From: Candidatus Xenobia bacterium
GTDB lineage: Bacteria; Vulcanimicrobiota; CADAWZ01
Reading direction: 5' to 3'
Assembly (NCBI GenBank): GCA_031551355.1
Contig: JAVBNT010000001.1
Coordinates: 64,477 to 128,476, forward strand
Length of the DNA stretch: 64,000 bases
Shown: positions 47,401-56,343 of the stretch, piece by piece
Position numbering within the stretch: position 1 is the stretch's first letter
How the letters are laid out: each line of letters starts with the position of its first letter
The notes under the pieces: model-generated
The model's input: only the letters and a program-made list of their open reading frames with translations
What the model was told of the DNA's origin: nothing
Databases searched by the model: none
Translations under genes and position numbers: made by a program

Positions 47401-48041
47401 GCCTGTGCTGCATAATATGAGAAGGAGAGACCGGCGGGACCGGCTCCGATAACGGCTATTTTTTTGCCGTTGCCTTTGTTTTGCAATGTCTCCGATTTCA
47501 GACCGTCTTCGGACTCGGAAATTGTTCGTTTTACGGAATCAATTGCTATCGACTGGTCGACAAGTTCTCTTCTGCATTTAAGCTCGCACGGCCTTACGCA
47601 AACCCTTCCGCAAACAATAGGCAGCGGGTTTGTCTGTTTGATTAGCTCAACCGCTTCTTTAAACAGTGACTGCTCGGTAAGTTTCAGATAGCCCTGAATA
47701 TCTATTTCCGCGGGGCATTCAAGTCTGCACGGACTGTAACAGTCGGCGCAGTGGTCCGACATCAGAAGCGTCAGGCATTCCTTTCTTGCAGCCGCGACAT
47801 TTTCAGAATCGGTCTCAATGACCATTCCCTCGGCTACCTTTGTGCTGCATGATGGTAATAATGTTCTGGCCCCTTTCACCTCGACGACGCACAGGTAACA
47901 GGAGTTTATGTGTCCGAGCCTTTTTTCATAACAAAGCGTAGGTATTTCCGCTATTTTCAGCGATGTTACCGCTTCAAGAATTGTTATATTTTCTTCAACT
48001 TTATAGTCTTGACCGTTTACGGTAATATTAATCTGTTTCAA
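44457..48041 (-). CDS. Large iron-sulfur flavoprotein. N-terminal 2Fe-2S/4Fe-4S NuoG-like region, NADPH-dependent GltD/NfnB-like FAD/NAD(P) domain, C-terminal molybdopterin-oxidoreductase-like (NuoG/FdhA-like) region.
   Basis: 1194 aa. 2Fe-2S Cys pattern in the first 60 aa, multiple CxxCxxCxxxCP clusters, dinucleotide motifs KIAVIGAGPAGL and KVAVIGGGNTAID. Confidence 0.7.
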   Translation of the reverse strand: MKQINITVNGQDYKVEENITILEAVTSLKIAEIPTLCYEKRLGHINSCYLCVVEVKGARTLLPSCSTKVAEGMVIETDSENVAAARKECLTLLMSDHCADCYSPCRLECPAEIDIQGYLKLTEQSLFKEAVELIKQTNPLPIVCGRVCVRPCELKCRRELVDQSIAIDSVKRTISESEDGLKSETLQNKGNGKKIAVIGAGPAGLSFSYYAAQAGYNVTVFEAMPQAGGMLRYGIPSYRLPKELLDLEIKAIEDMGVSFKYNTALGTNLQFEEIKKSFDYFFVACGAWKASDAGIENGASVTSGLDFLRKAYTDENNDLTGLKVAVIGGGNTAIDASRTAIRLKASEVTIIYRRTEDEMPAHHEEIDAAKKEGVKLLLLTAPKKVLNENSKITGLECIKMQLGEADESGRRRPVEIAGSEFIKKFDLVITATGQSSNFDFLPENVVASRGRIQAAKNQQTSSVNIFAGGDAVTGPSTVIEAIASGKKALTAIIAVENDKGFYVSKDFFGPLTEKSVPEVPKAKRAEMEQRPARIRATDFMETETSLSPAKAAAESKRCLECGCSATLYCLLKKYASQYSVSSAYTSGNRENNPADRSHPNIILDNSKCIKCQRCIKTCENILGYSVLGLRNRGFVSAIIPEMDKKLAESTCISCGNCLDSCPTGAISDKEGYFPFESDREKSNCMFCNALCEISLSSYGRFVRVSPARDKVNGDGDYLCKYGRFAMNRFFDTDRITGAGIKNKDGMLAKASVGDACKNVSEKLKEIAKKYTPDSIAVFISPTMPSAAVYAAVKLAKGIIGTDNVFSFRHKYDKYHQDFTVKNSPVISTASLDRLEQSDIIILTGASAGKTVPAVNWKIRSAVKNGAKLIIVGDTDTKLKNIAYDIIEPENGTLGKFFLVISKFITASGDAAVNKRMAEIKNSDGFVKHLNSIKDIAFLGIDEQSLRTTANTLIENSPKITFIYDTNTKDGCIMEILNLMLLTNSVSGNGKGLILLEDGANNDGLKKWGAWPGMLPGFRSLEEPQDREIFEKLWQSKLPAAKSKMNLAEFKGALFIGEDLPAAQIKSSLSGLEFLAVCSLYHSEFTQKADVILPLTTTAETGGTVTAFNYTEKNISQSVKPLADEPITEILNKIAGGDGKNLIPAGEMEKIESKINNPAYLTGFITETMPKASRKATGNKLEVPFRRYNKINMER

Positions 48042-48094
48042 TTTTTTTACCTCATGGTGTTGTTTTGTTGGTTATTTTTAAAGGACGTAAGCTG

Positions 48095-49843
48095 TTAATC
48101 CCTGGAGATAGCCCCGAATTTGCAGGTATCAAAGCATTTTCCGCACTTTATGCACAGTTCCTGGGTTATGGTATACACCTTATCCTGAGAAACAGTCGCG
48201 GCATGGGTCGGGCAGACTTTTTTGCACATATTGCATTTTTTACATTTTTGCTGATCCACGGAATATGTTATCAGGCTTTTACAGTATTTTGCCGGGCACT
48301 TTTTATTATGTGCATGCGCCATATACTCATCATGGAAATGCTTAAGTGTTGTCAGAACCGGGTTTGGCGCGCTTTGGCCAAGACCGCACAGAGATGATTT
48401 TTTGGTCAGCAGCGCAATATCTTCCAGTCTTTTCAGATCGTCCTCGCATGCTTTGCCGCTTACGAGATTTTCCAGTATTTCCAACATTCTTTTGGTGCCT
48501 ATACGGCAGAAAGTGCATTTACCGCAGGACTCTTCCTGGGTAAACGAAAGAAAAAATCTGGCCATTTCAACCATACAGGTGCTGTCATCAATTATGATCA
48601 TTCCGCCGGACCCCATAATGGCCCCGGTGGACATTAGGCTTTCGTAATCTACCGGCGTTTCCGCCATTGAGGCGGGTATGCAGCCCCCGGAAGGCCCTCC
48701 CATCTGCACTGCCTTGAACTTGCCGCCTCCGGCGATGCCGCCGCCGATGTTGTTAACAATCTCCGAGATCGTCATTCCCATCTCGACTTCAATAAGTCCC
48801 GGTCTGGCTATTTTTCCGGCAGTAGTGAATACTTTCGTTCCTTTGGAGCGTCCAACCCCGAGAGACGCAAAATGCTCACCTCCGTTTAAAATAATCCATG
48901 GTATATTGGCCAGTGTTTCAACATTATTGATGTTGGTCGGCTTTCCATGCAGCCCGCTCTGAGCAGGATAGGGAGGTCTGACCCTCGGCATACCGCGCAT
49001 TCCTTCAATGCTGGCGATCAGTGCCGTTTCTTCGCCGCAGACAAAAGCCCCGGCGCCTTCTTTAATTTTTATATCAAATGAAAAACCGCTGTTTTTTATG
49101 TTGTCACCAAGCAAATTGTGCTGTTTGGCCTGCTCGATTGCATCTTTTATACGCTCGATCGCCAGCGGATATTCGGCTCTTACATATATATATCCATGCT
49201 GTGCGCCTATTGCTCTGGCGGCAATCAGCATGCCTTCCACTACCGAATGCGGATCGCCTTCCAGTATCGAACGATCCATAAATGCTCCCGGATCGCCCTC
49301 GTCAGCGTTGCAGATCAGGTATTTAGGTTCTCCCTTTGCTTCGTGCGCCGCTTTCCATTTAAAAGCAGTCGGAAAACCACCGCCGCCGCGTCCCCGCAGG
49401 CCGGAAGTCTCTATTTCCTCGATAATTTTTTCCGACGATATTTTATTTTCCAGAATTGAACAGATGGCTTTATAGCCGTCATGGGCAATATAATCTTCAA
49501 TTGATGACGGGACAATGTTACCGCAGTTGCGCAGCGCGATTCTTTTTTGCGGTTTTAAAAATTTTTCCTTGTCAATAAGCCATTCTTCGATCGGTTTTTT
49601 TTCGATAATGTCTTTGTGGACTATGTCAATGGCTCTTTCGGGAGTTATATTCCCATAAAGCCGTTTATTTTCTCCGTCATCTATTTCTACAAGGACTTCA
49701 CAAAAACACATACCGACGCAGCCGGTTTTAAAAACTTCGATATGTCCAAGATTATTTTTGAAAAGCTCGGCCGTCAATGTTGTTATTACCGCAGTTGCGC
49801 CTGCCGATATTCCACAGGTTCCCGCCCCGATCATAATCTTCAT
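48095..49843 (-). CDS. NuoF/HydB/HndC-like NADH-binding FMN iron-sulfur subunit.
   Basis: 582 aa. NuoF core (GRGGGGFPT, 4Fe-4S CGKCTFCR), N-terminal thioredoxin-like 2Fe-2S, C-terminal 2x[4Fe-4S] ferredoxin motifs. Confidence 0.8.
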   Translation of the reverse strand: MKIMIGAGTCGISAGATAVITTLTAELFKNNLGHIEVFKTGCVGMCFCEVLVEIDDGENKRLYGNITPERAIDIVHKDIIEKKPIEEWLIDKEKFLKPQKRIALRNCGNIVPSSIEDYIAHDGYKAICSILENKISSEKIIEEIETSGLRGRGGGGFPTAFKWKAAHEAKGEPKYLICNADEGDPGAFMDRSILEGDPHSVVEGMLIAARAIGAQHGYIYVRAEYPLAIERIKDAIEQAKQHNLLGDNIKNSGFSFDIKIKEGAGAFVCGEETALIASIEGMRGMPRVRPPYPAQSGLHGKPTNINNVETLANIPWIILNGGEHFASLGVGRSKGTKVFTTAGKIARPGLIEVEMGMTISEIVNNIGGGIAGGGKFKAVQMGGPSGGCIPASMAETPVDYESLMSTGAIMGSGGMIIIDDSTCMVEMARFFLSFTQEESCGKCTFCRIGTKRMLEILENLVSGKACEDDLKRLEDIALLTKKSSLCGLGQSAPNPVLTTLKHFHDEYMAHAHNKKCPAKYCKSLITYSVDQQKCKKCNMCKKVCPTHAATVSQDKVYTITQELCIKCGKCFDTCKFGAISRD

Positions 49844-49846
49844 TAT

Positions 49847-50341
49847 CTATCTGTCCTCTCTTAAAATGTTCATTACTGATGTATTGGTTCTGTACTCATC
49901 GAGAATTTTTTTTATGGAGTCGGTTGTCAGCCTGCCGAATACTTTTTGGTCGATCATCATCGCAGGAGCAAGAGAACAGCAGCCAAGGCAGGAGACGGTT
50001 GTTAAAGTGAAATAACCGTCTTCAGTCGTTTCGTCTACATCCGTGTTTAGAAGTTCTTTGAGGGTATCTATTATTTTGGTGGAGTCGTTTACGTGGCAGG
50101 CTGTTCCGTCGCAGACCTTAATGGTGAACATTCCCGGTTCTGTAAGCCTGAATTGCCTGTAAAAAGTTACGACGCCGTATATATCGGACAAAGAGATTCC
50201 GGTATGGGCGGATATTTTTTCCATTATTCCGGCAGAAATGTATGAATACTCTTTCTGTGCGGCCTGAAGCAGAGGAATTAGGTCGCTGTGTTCCTTATAT
50301 TCCGCCAGTGCTTCCTGGAAACTGATATTTTTATTGCTCAT
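49847..50341 (-). CDS. NuoE/HydC/HndA-like thioredoxin-fold [2Fe-2S] subunit.
   Basis: 164 aa. CxxxxC...CxxxC pattern (CDGTACHV...CLGCCSLAP). Confidence 0.8.
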   Translation of the reverse strand: MSNKNISFQEALAEYKEHSDLIPLLQAAQKEYSYISAGIMEKISAHTGISLSDIYGVVTFYRQFRLTEPGMFTIKVCDGTACHVNDSTKIIDTLKELLNTDVDETTEDGYFTLTTVSCLGCCSLAPAMMIDQKVFGRLTTDSIKKILDEYRTNTSVMNILREDR

Positions 50342-50880
50342 TGTTTTAAAACCTCGGTCGGATTCATTTGTTTTTTGTAAATATTTCTGATTGTAAGTAA
50401 GTCATTATAGTAAAGGCTGTTCCTGAAATCAGGGAATGTCCAGGGAAAGCCGCTGAATTTTCCTTTTGAATAAATAAGGGTCAAATCGGCATAGATACCG
50501 CTTCTCAGATATATTTTATGCGGTCCGTATTTAGCCGAAGCCAGTACTACTTTCATGTAGTCGACATAACCGGGATCTATATTGACCGTCCTTCTGCCGT
50601 TCAGCATTAAAATTTTCTCTGTCCGGTTGGTAAAAACCTTGATTTCCGTAAAAATTTCGGGATCTATGCATTTATTGAAAGAGACAATAACTCTTTTCAG
50701 GTCTTTTCCCATTTCCGCCTCGTAATAGCCGGTTTTGTCAAAACTAAATTCCTTGCCGCAAAAATCTGCCGTTCCCAATTGCGGTTCAAGTTTTTCAAGT
50801 GCCTGCTTGAATACATTTTTATCACTGTAAAGCAGGGCACAGAAGATTTTTACTTTTGGAGGTTTTTCCGTTTCTGCCAT
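50338..50880 (-). CDS. Hypothetical protein, translationally coupled upstream of the NuoE-like gene.
   Basis: 180-aa ORF with a 4-nt overlap. No motif recognised. Confidence 0.4.
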   Translation of the reverse strand: MAETEKPPKVKIFCALLYSDKNVFKQALEKLEPQLGTADFCGKEFSFDKTGYYEAEMGKDLKRVIVSFNKCIDPEIFTEIKVFTNRTEKILMLNGRRTVNIDPGYVDYMKVVLASAKYGPHKIYLRSGIYADLTLIYSKGKFSGFPWTFPDFRNSLYYNDLLTIRNIYKKQMNPTEVLKQ

Positions 50881-50897
50881 ATTTTCACCTGTAATTG

Positions 50898-51701
50898 TTA
50901 TTTTAGTCCAAGGATAACAGCGGCTTTTTCACTTATCTGTCTGGAGATACCTATGCCTGACAGCAGTGATATGATGCTTTCAATATCTTTTTTGCCGCCG
51001 TCTTTTGTTCCATGTATATGTATGTCTTTTACATAAATATGAGAGTCGTCCGTATATGCATTCACAATCATATGATTCATCATATCGAATTTGAAACTTT
51101 CCTTCCAGGCATCAAAGAATGTGTTATTATCCACCGGGGTTGTTTTTATTCTGTATCTGAATTTAGTATACCCTTTGTTAAACACCGAAGAAATGTCGAT
51201 AAGGTTTTCCGTTCTTTGGGCCATAAAGCTGTAAGAACCATAAGAGAACGGAAAACTGCCGCCGGATTCCGGCATTTTTACCGGTTTGAAAATCAGATAA
51301 CCGATATCAGCGAGAAATAGTGAGCCTTTTATGTCGGCAAGGATGCAGCAGTGCGTGTTGCTTCCGTAAGTTCTGTCTGCGAGAACAAGGCCGCTCTTAA
51401 ATCCGCAGTAATCAAGTATCTGTTTCAGAAAAAATGTGAGTGAGAAGCATGTTCCCCCGGTTCCGTGCAGAATATGTTCTTCGATCAATGTGTCCGGCAT
51501 CCTGAATTCCTGATGGTGTGCAGACTCATCCGCCGAGATTATTTTTGATATGTTTTCATATGGTATGGATTTGAAAGCGGACAGTATTTTTGACAGCAGC
51601 TGCTCATCGGGCAAAGCCCTGGCAATTCCGTAATGCCGTATAAAATGTTCCGCGGAGATTAAATATTTGTGCATTTTACCTTGTAAATATTGAATTTGCA
51701 A
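50898..51701 (-). CDS. Arylamine N-acetyltransferase (NAT)-fold protein. True start is probably the internal ATG (MHKYL).
   Basis: PYENISK motif and HGTGGTCFSLT matching the NAT catalytic-Cys region (RGGxCxxLN). Confidence 0.5.
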   Translation of the reverse strand: MQIQYLQGKMHKYLISAEHFIRHYGIARALPDEQLLSKILSAFKSIPYENISKIISADESAHHQEFRMPDTLIEEHILHGTGGTCFSLTFFLKQILDYCGFKSGLVLADRTYGSNTHCCILADIKGSLFLADIGYLIFKPVKMPESGGSFPFSYGSYSFMAQRTENLIDISSVFNKGYTKFRYRIKTTPVDNNTFFDAWKESFKFDMMNHMIVNAYTDDSHIYVKDIHIHGTKDGGKKDIESIISLLSGIGISRQISEKAAVILGLK

Positions 51702-52286
51702 TTATTTTATATTTGGATTATACTTATGGTTCTTTTGTATTTTACCGTCATTTTACGGCATATTATATGTTTTGCGGCTTGCCGCATCGCGATTCGGGGT
51801 GTGCGTTTGACTTACCGTTCTTATTTCAGAAAGTATTTTTTTAATCTGGCTTCTATTATAACTGTCGGCTTTCCTTTTGTCGGCTATAAATTTTTAGCCG
51901 GCTACATAATTTATAATTCATCGAAAAGCAATATATCACTGGCTTTATTTGCCGTATTTTCCGTTTGGGCCATAGTTGATCTTTTGTTTAATCTTGTAAG
52001 CCTTTTCAGCTATTTACGCAGGGGGCGTAATGTCTATCCGGTCTGTTTCCTGGCATATCTTTGCCGGCGTATTTCTTTTTTAAAGCAATGGACGGATCTC
52101 GGAGAAACGCTTGATATGCTTTTCTCTTTTACCATTGTTGCCTGTGTTGTCGGCTTAAATCTTTTTGTTTTTATAAATCCGCTGGTCCCGTTATGGAATA
52201 TTTCCACTGTGGTGAATGTTCTGGGTGCAGGAATTGTCAGGCTTGGCGTTACGCTTATGAGCGCCAATGAAGAGAACGTTAAATAA
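51690..52286 (+). CDS. Hypothetical polytopic membrane protein. Start uncertain.
   Basis: 198-aa ORF, 4-5 hydrophobic helices. Precedes the paralog array. Confidence 0.35.
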   Translation: MNLQLFYIWIILMVLLYFTVILRHIICFAACRIAIRGVRLTYRSYFRKYFFNLASIITVGFPFVGYKFLAGYIIYNSSKSNISLALFAVFSVWAIVDLLFNLVSLFSYLRRGRNVYPVCFLAYLCRRISFLKQWTDLGETLDMLFSFTIVACVVGLNLFVFINPLVPLWNISTVVNVLGAGIVRLGVTLMSANEENVK

Positions 52287-52610
52287 TGTAACCGTTATAA
52301 AAACCTAAGTTGATTACCCTTATCTTACACTTTTATATCCAACCTTGATTATCTGTATTTTTATGTAATATTGCATGATTACGTATCGTGTTATTATTAT
52401 ATTTTTAGTAAAGTATCAGAAAATATATAGCTTATATTGATTTTTTCACCTATTATTGTTATAATTATGATGAAATTTAAAGTTTAAAAATCTCTGCATA
52501 TATAAAAAACGGAATAAGTGGGCCTGGTCTTTTGAGCGGCTAGTGTCATTCATCATAATTTTGAGTTTAAATTTCTGTAATTTCAAATCTCATATGAGAG
52601 GATAGTTTTA

Positions 52611-53279
52611 ATGGAAGTAACTTGTCCTAACTGCGAAATGTCTTTTTCCGAAAACAGTATGGAATCACGGTTTGGGCTGCTTGTCTGCAGTAATTGCGAT
52701 CACCGTTTTAAACCGAAGCTTAGCGGCAATACATCATTGCCCTCAATTTATACTGTTGCCAATGAAGGCTCGGATTTGGTGATACGGAAGAAATGGTATA
52801 GGAAAATTTGGGTTTTAGCCTTTTCTGCCAATTTTGCGGCGTGGTTTTTATTTCTTTTGTGTATCTCTTTTATTCCGCATAAAAGAGAAGACGGTGAGTT
52901 TGTGCTGATTATTATTATGGGATTAATCTGTTTCATTATGGCCTATCTTGTTATTTTGTATCTTTTTGGTGTTACAGAAATAAGAGCCGGAAGAACAGGT
53001 ATTGACGTAACTTATGCAGCTCCTTTTCCGGTACCGTTTCTAAAAAATATTTCATTGCCGCTAAATTCTTTGGAACAAATATTCTGTCATCAGAAACTAT
53101 CAACCGCTAACAGAGGGAAACAAGCCATAACTTATGATATAAGTGCCGTTCTTAAGAGTGGAGATACTGCAAAGATTGACAATGTGGAAACATGGGAAGA
53201 AGGTAAAGCTGTAGAGGCCATACTTGAAAAACATCTTGGAATTGAAGATGTAGCTGTAGAGGTTGGGTATGGTATATAA
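52611..53279 (+). CDS. Array paralog A1: N-terminal 4-Cys zinc ribbon, two TM helices, conserved C-terminal cytoplasmic domain. Unrecognised family.
   Basis: CPNCEMSF...CSNCDHRFKP, two hydrophobic helices, C-terminal AVEAILEKHLGIEDVAV. Own RBS. Confidence 0.6.
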   Translation: MEVTCPNCEMSFSENSMESRFGLLVCSNCDHRFKPKLSGNTSLPSIYTVANEGSDLVIRKKWYRKIWVLAFSANFAAWFLFLLCISFIPHKREDGEFVLIIIMGLICFIMAYLVILYLFGVTEIRAGRTGIDVTYAAPFPVPFLKNISLPLNSLEQIFCHQKLSTANRGKQAITYDISAVLKSGDTAKIDNVETWEEGKAVEAILEKHLGIEDVAVEVGYGI

Positions 53280-53322
53280 CCGGCCGTGTTTTAAGGAGTA
53301 ATTAGAATTTGGAGGGGTTGTG

Positions 53323-54009
53323 ATGGAAGTAACTTGTCCTAACTGCGAAATGTCTTTTGCCGAAAACAGTATGGAATCACGGTTTGGGCTGCTTGTCTGC
53401 AGTAATTGTGATCACCGTTTTAAACCGAAACTTAGCGGCAATACATCATTGCCCTCAATTTATACTGTTGCCAATGAAGGCTCGGATCTGGTGATACGGA
53501 AGAAATGGTACCGAAAAGAAAACATTATTGTAACCGGTTTTATGACATTCATGGCCTCTGTTTTTATGATTTTGGGAGGGGGATTGCTTTTTAGTTCCGG
53601 GCATGATTTTGTAACAAAATTGGCGGTACTTCCTTTTTTCGTCTGTTTTATTGTTCCCGGCTATTCCCTGATTCTTTCTCTTTACAGTATAACGGAAATC
53701 AGGGCCGGAACTTTTGGTGTTGTTGTAACTTATAAGACTCCTCTGCCGGTTCCGTTTTTGAAAAAAATCTCCTTGCCGCTGTCATCTATTCAACAGATAT
53801 ACTGTGAACAGAAAATAACGTACAGCGGTTCCCGCAGGGGAGTGCGCAAAACCACATTTAACTATAATATCAATGCTGTTTTGAAAAACGGGGCAACTGC
53901 AAAGATTGACAATGTGGAAACGGCGGAAGAAGGCAGAGCTGTTGAAGGTATGATCGAAAAACATCTTGGAATTTGGGATGAGGCTGTTCCTCAGGAATTT
54001 AACTGGTGA
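53323..54009 (+). CDS. Array paralog A2. First ~63 codons nearly identical to A1 at the nucleotide level.
   Basis: Same architecture. NxTEIR after TM2, TYKTPLPVPF, C-terminal EGMIEKHLGIWDEAV. SD GGAGGGG. Confidence 0.6.
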   Translation: MEVTCPNCEMSFAENSMESRFGLLVCSNCDHRFKPKLSGNTSLPSIYTVANEGSDLVIRKKWYRKENIIVTGFMTFMASVFMILGGGLLFSSGHDFVTKLAVLPFFVCFIVPGYSLILSLYSITEIRAGTFGVVVTYKTPLPVPFLKKISLPLSSIQQIYCEQKITYSGSRRGVRKTTFNYNINAVLKNGATAKIDNVETAEEGRAVEGMIEKHLGIWDEAVPQEFNW

Positions 54010-54078
54010 TGTGAAATAGAGAGATTATCTTCTCAATTAAGCAGTTTTGTTTCGTATGAGCAATGGAGGTCCCAAAGG

Positions 54079-54801
54079 ATGGATATAACTTGTTCCCGGT
54101 GTGGCAGAGTTTCTAAAGAGAGAGAGCTTTTGGTAAAATTTGGACTTGCATTTTGTCCGGCCTGCAACCGTAAGACGGTGTATGAGGCTGAACCTGTTTT
54201 TTCATGTCTGTCTTCTAATTACTCGGTATCTGTTGACGGAGAAGCTCTTGTAATCAAAAGAAGCTGGCGCGATCCTGTTTCCCTGATTTGGACTGTTTTT
54301 CTTTTGTTTTTGCCGGTAATTACGTTTTTATTTATATTATATTCCAATAAATCAGGAGATCTGGAACTTTGCAAAAATATTGTTTGCAATACGGTAAGTA
54401 ATTTTATCAGTAATATTGTCAACGGGAAGGATGCTGCAAGTATTTTAATTGCATCCCTGATATCCATTTTGGTTTTGTTATTGATTGGCGGTATTTTGGG
54501 TAATTTGCTGAATACGACGGAGATGCGTGTTGACGGTAGGCAGATTGCTTTTAGAACATATCCGTTGTTTTTCCTGTCTTCGAATACGCTTGTAGATTGC
54601 CACTTCATAGAGAAAATTTTCTGTGAGAAGGCAGAATACTTAAGCAGGGGGGGAACTCACATATCCTTCAGACTTATTGCCAAATTGAAGGATGGTAAAT
54701 CTGTTTTGCTTGCCACTTTTAGTGAAGAGTGTCATGCCGATGCTTATAAAGCGTTTATAGAAAAACGTCTTGGTCTGTATGACGGGCCTGCTGATTTTTA
54801 A
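54079..54801 (+). CDS. Array paralog A3.
   Basis: CSRCGRV...CPACNRK zinc ribbon, 2 TM, NTTEMRVDGR, C-terminal AYKAFIEKRLGLYD. Confidence 0.6.
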   Translation: MDITCSRCGRVSKERELLVKFGLAFCPACNRKTVYEAEPVFSCLSSNYSVSVDGEALVIKRSWRDPVSLIWTVFLLFLPVITFLFILYSNKSGDLELCKNIVCNTVSNFISNIVNGKDAASILIASLISILVLLLIGGILGNLLNTTEMRVDGRQIAFRTYPLFFLSSNTLVDCHFIEKIFCEKAEYLSRGGTHISFRLIAKLKDGKSVLLATFSEECHADAYKAFIEKRLGLYDGPADF

Positions 54802-54856
54802 TGGAAAAGGATATTGCCTTTAATTACCCGGTAGTAAAAATAAAGGAGTAAAAAAT

Positions 54857-55540
54857 ATGGAGATAACCTGCCCGCAGTGTAATGCGGTTTTTCAAAAGAG
54901 TGATGCAAAAATAAAATTCGGTCTTGTGTTTTGCCCTGAGTGTGAACATAAGTTCAAGCATGAGGCGGCAACAGTTTTTGTGGATTTGCCGCCGAATTAT
55001 ACTACCTATATTGAAGGCAGGGATCTGGTAATCAAGAAAAGCTGGCGCAATATGGTGGGTTTTATTGTAATGACTGTTTTTTCCATTGTCTGGCTTATCG
55101 TTCCTTTGACCAGCATAGCGGTAATTGTAATAGACGGCAGTACCCAATGGGGCGAGAAGCTTATTGGTGTTATGTTTATATCTGTTTTTCTGATCATAGG
55201 TTTGCTAATACTTTATGGTGGCTTGGGAATGCTGCTTAATACTACGGAGACACGGGTTGATGACAGATATATCACAATATCAACATATCCCTTGCCGTCC
55301 TCCTTTAAGAAAGTCGTGGAATCATCTTCTGTCGAGCAAATATACTGCAGGGAAGCAATACGTAACGGCTCTAAGGGGAGAACATATATAGTTTATGAAC
55401 TTACCGCCATACTTACGGACGGCAGGCGCGTTGCGCTGGAAAGCTTTGACGATGTAGCCCATGCGCGTGCCTATGAAACGTTTATGGAAAAACGGCTGGG
55501 GATTAAAAATGAAGCCGTTGATGATGAGTATACTTTTTAG
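54857..55540 (+). CDS. Array paralog A4.
   Basis: CPQCNAV...CPECEHKFK, 2 TM, NTTETRVDDRYITISTYPLP, C-terminal ARAYETFMEKRLGIKNEAVDDEY. Confidence 0.6.
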   Translation: MEITCPQCNAVFQKSDAKIKFGLVFCPECEHKFKHEAATVFVDLPPNYTTYIEGRDLVIKKSWRNMVGFIVMTVFSIVWLIVPLTSIAVIVIDGSTQWGEKLIGVMFISVFLIIGLLILYGGLGMLLNTTETRVDDRYITISTYPLPSSFKKVVESSSVEQIYCREAIRNGSKGRTYIVYELTAILTDGRRVALESFDDVAHARAYETFMEKRLGIKNEAVDDEYTF

Positions 55541-55595
55541 CTGTATCTGTTTTGCAGAATGAGCCGTAATTAATTTATTTTTTGGAGGTTAAAAG

Positions 55596-56294
55596 ATGAA
55601 TAGATCCAAAACTTGCCCTCAGTGTAATTCTTTTTTCATGCCTCAGGCCGCAGAGGCTGAATCCGGTCTTTTCTGCCCGGAATGCTGGCAGAAAATAAAG
55701 CAGGATACACCTGCTGTTTCTGTAGAACTGCCTTCAAATTACAGTAATTATGTTGAAGGCAGAGATCTTGTCATCAAAAAAGGCTGGCGTAAAATATCGG
55801 TATTTATTGGTTCTCTGGTTGTTTTTTTTATCTGGGTTAACCTATTTTTAGCAATTATTTCATCTATATTTATGTCACGTCTGACTGATGGAGGCTTTGA
55901 TTTTTCCGAAGAGCCTTTTCAGATTTTATTTGCCCTGGTTTTTTTAATTATTGGTCTTTTTATCTTCTATAAAATGATTGGTTGTCTGGTTAATGTTACG
56001 GAGACGCGTATTGATGACAGGTCTATAACAATAAGAACTTATCCCTTTCCGATGTCAGCGAAGAAAGTTCTGGAGTCATACTCTGTTGAGCAGATTTACT
56101 GTAAAAAAATAGATTGCAGCGGCTACAAAGGACGTCCATATAAAGTTTATGAACTTATGGCTGTGCTTAAAGGCGATCGTCGTGTAAGTTTGGATAAGTT
56201 TACCAATATTTACCATGCACGAGCCTATGAAAAGTTGATGGAAAAGCGTCTGGGAATTAAAAACGCATCTGTTGATGATGAGTATACCGTTTAA
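55596..56294 (+). CDS. Array paralog A5.
   Basis: CPQCNSF...CPECWQK, 2 TM, NVTETRIDDRSITIRTYPFP, C-terminal ARAYEKLMEKRLGIKNASVDDEY. Confidence 0.6.
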   Translation: MNRSKTCPQCNSFFMPQAAEAESGLFCPECWQKIKQDTPAVSVELPSNYSNYVEGRDLVIKKGWRKISVFIGSLVVFFIWVNLFLAIISSIFMSRLTDGGFDFSEEPFQILFALVFLIIGLFIFYKMIGCLVNVTETRIDDRSITIRTYPFPMSAKKVLESYSVEQIYCKKIDCSGYKGRPYKVYELMAVLKGDRRVSLDKFTNIYHARAYEKLMEKRLGIKNASVDDEYTV

Positions 56295-56343
56295 TATTTA
56301 TACTTATGCGCTGATATCTTATAAAATAACGGAGGTATTAAAT

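Noticed and set aside
51690-51701. 12-nt head-to-head overlap of the NAT-like gene and the downstream membrane ORF.
   Set aside because: Divergent overlapping starts are unlikely. The first ATG of one or both ORFs is probably not the true start. This is an annotation artefact rather than biology.
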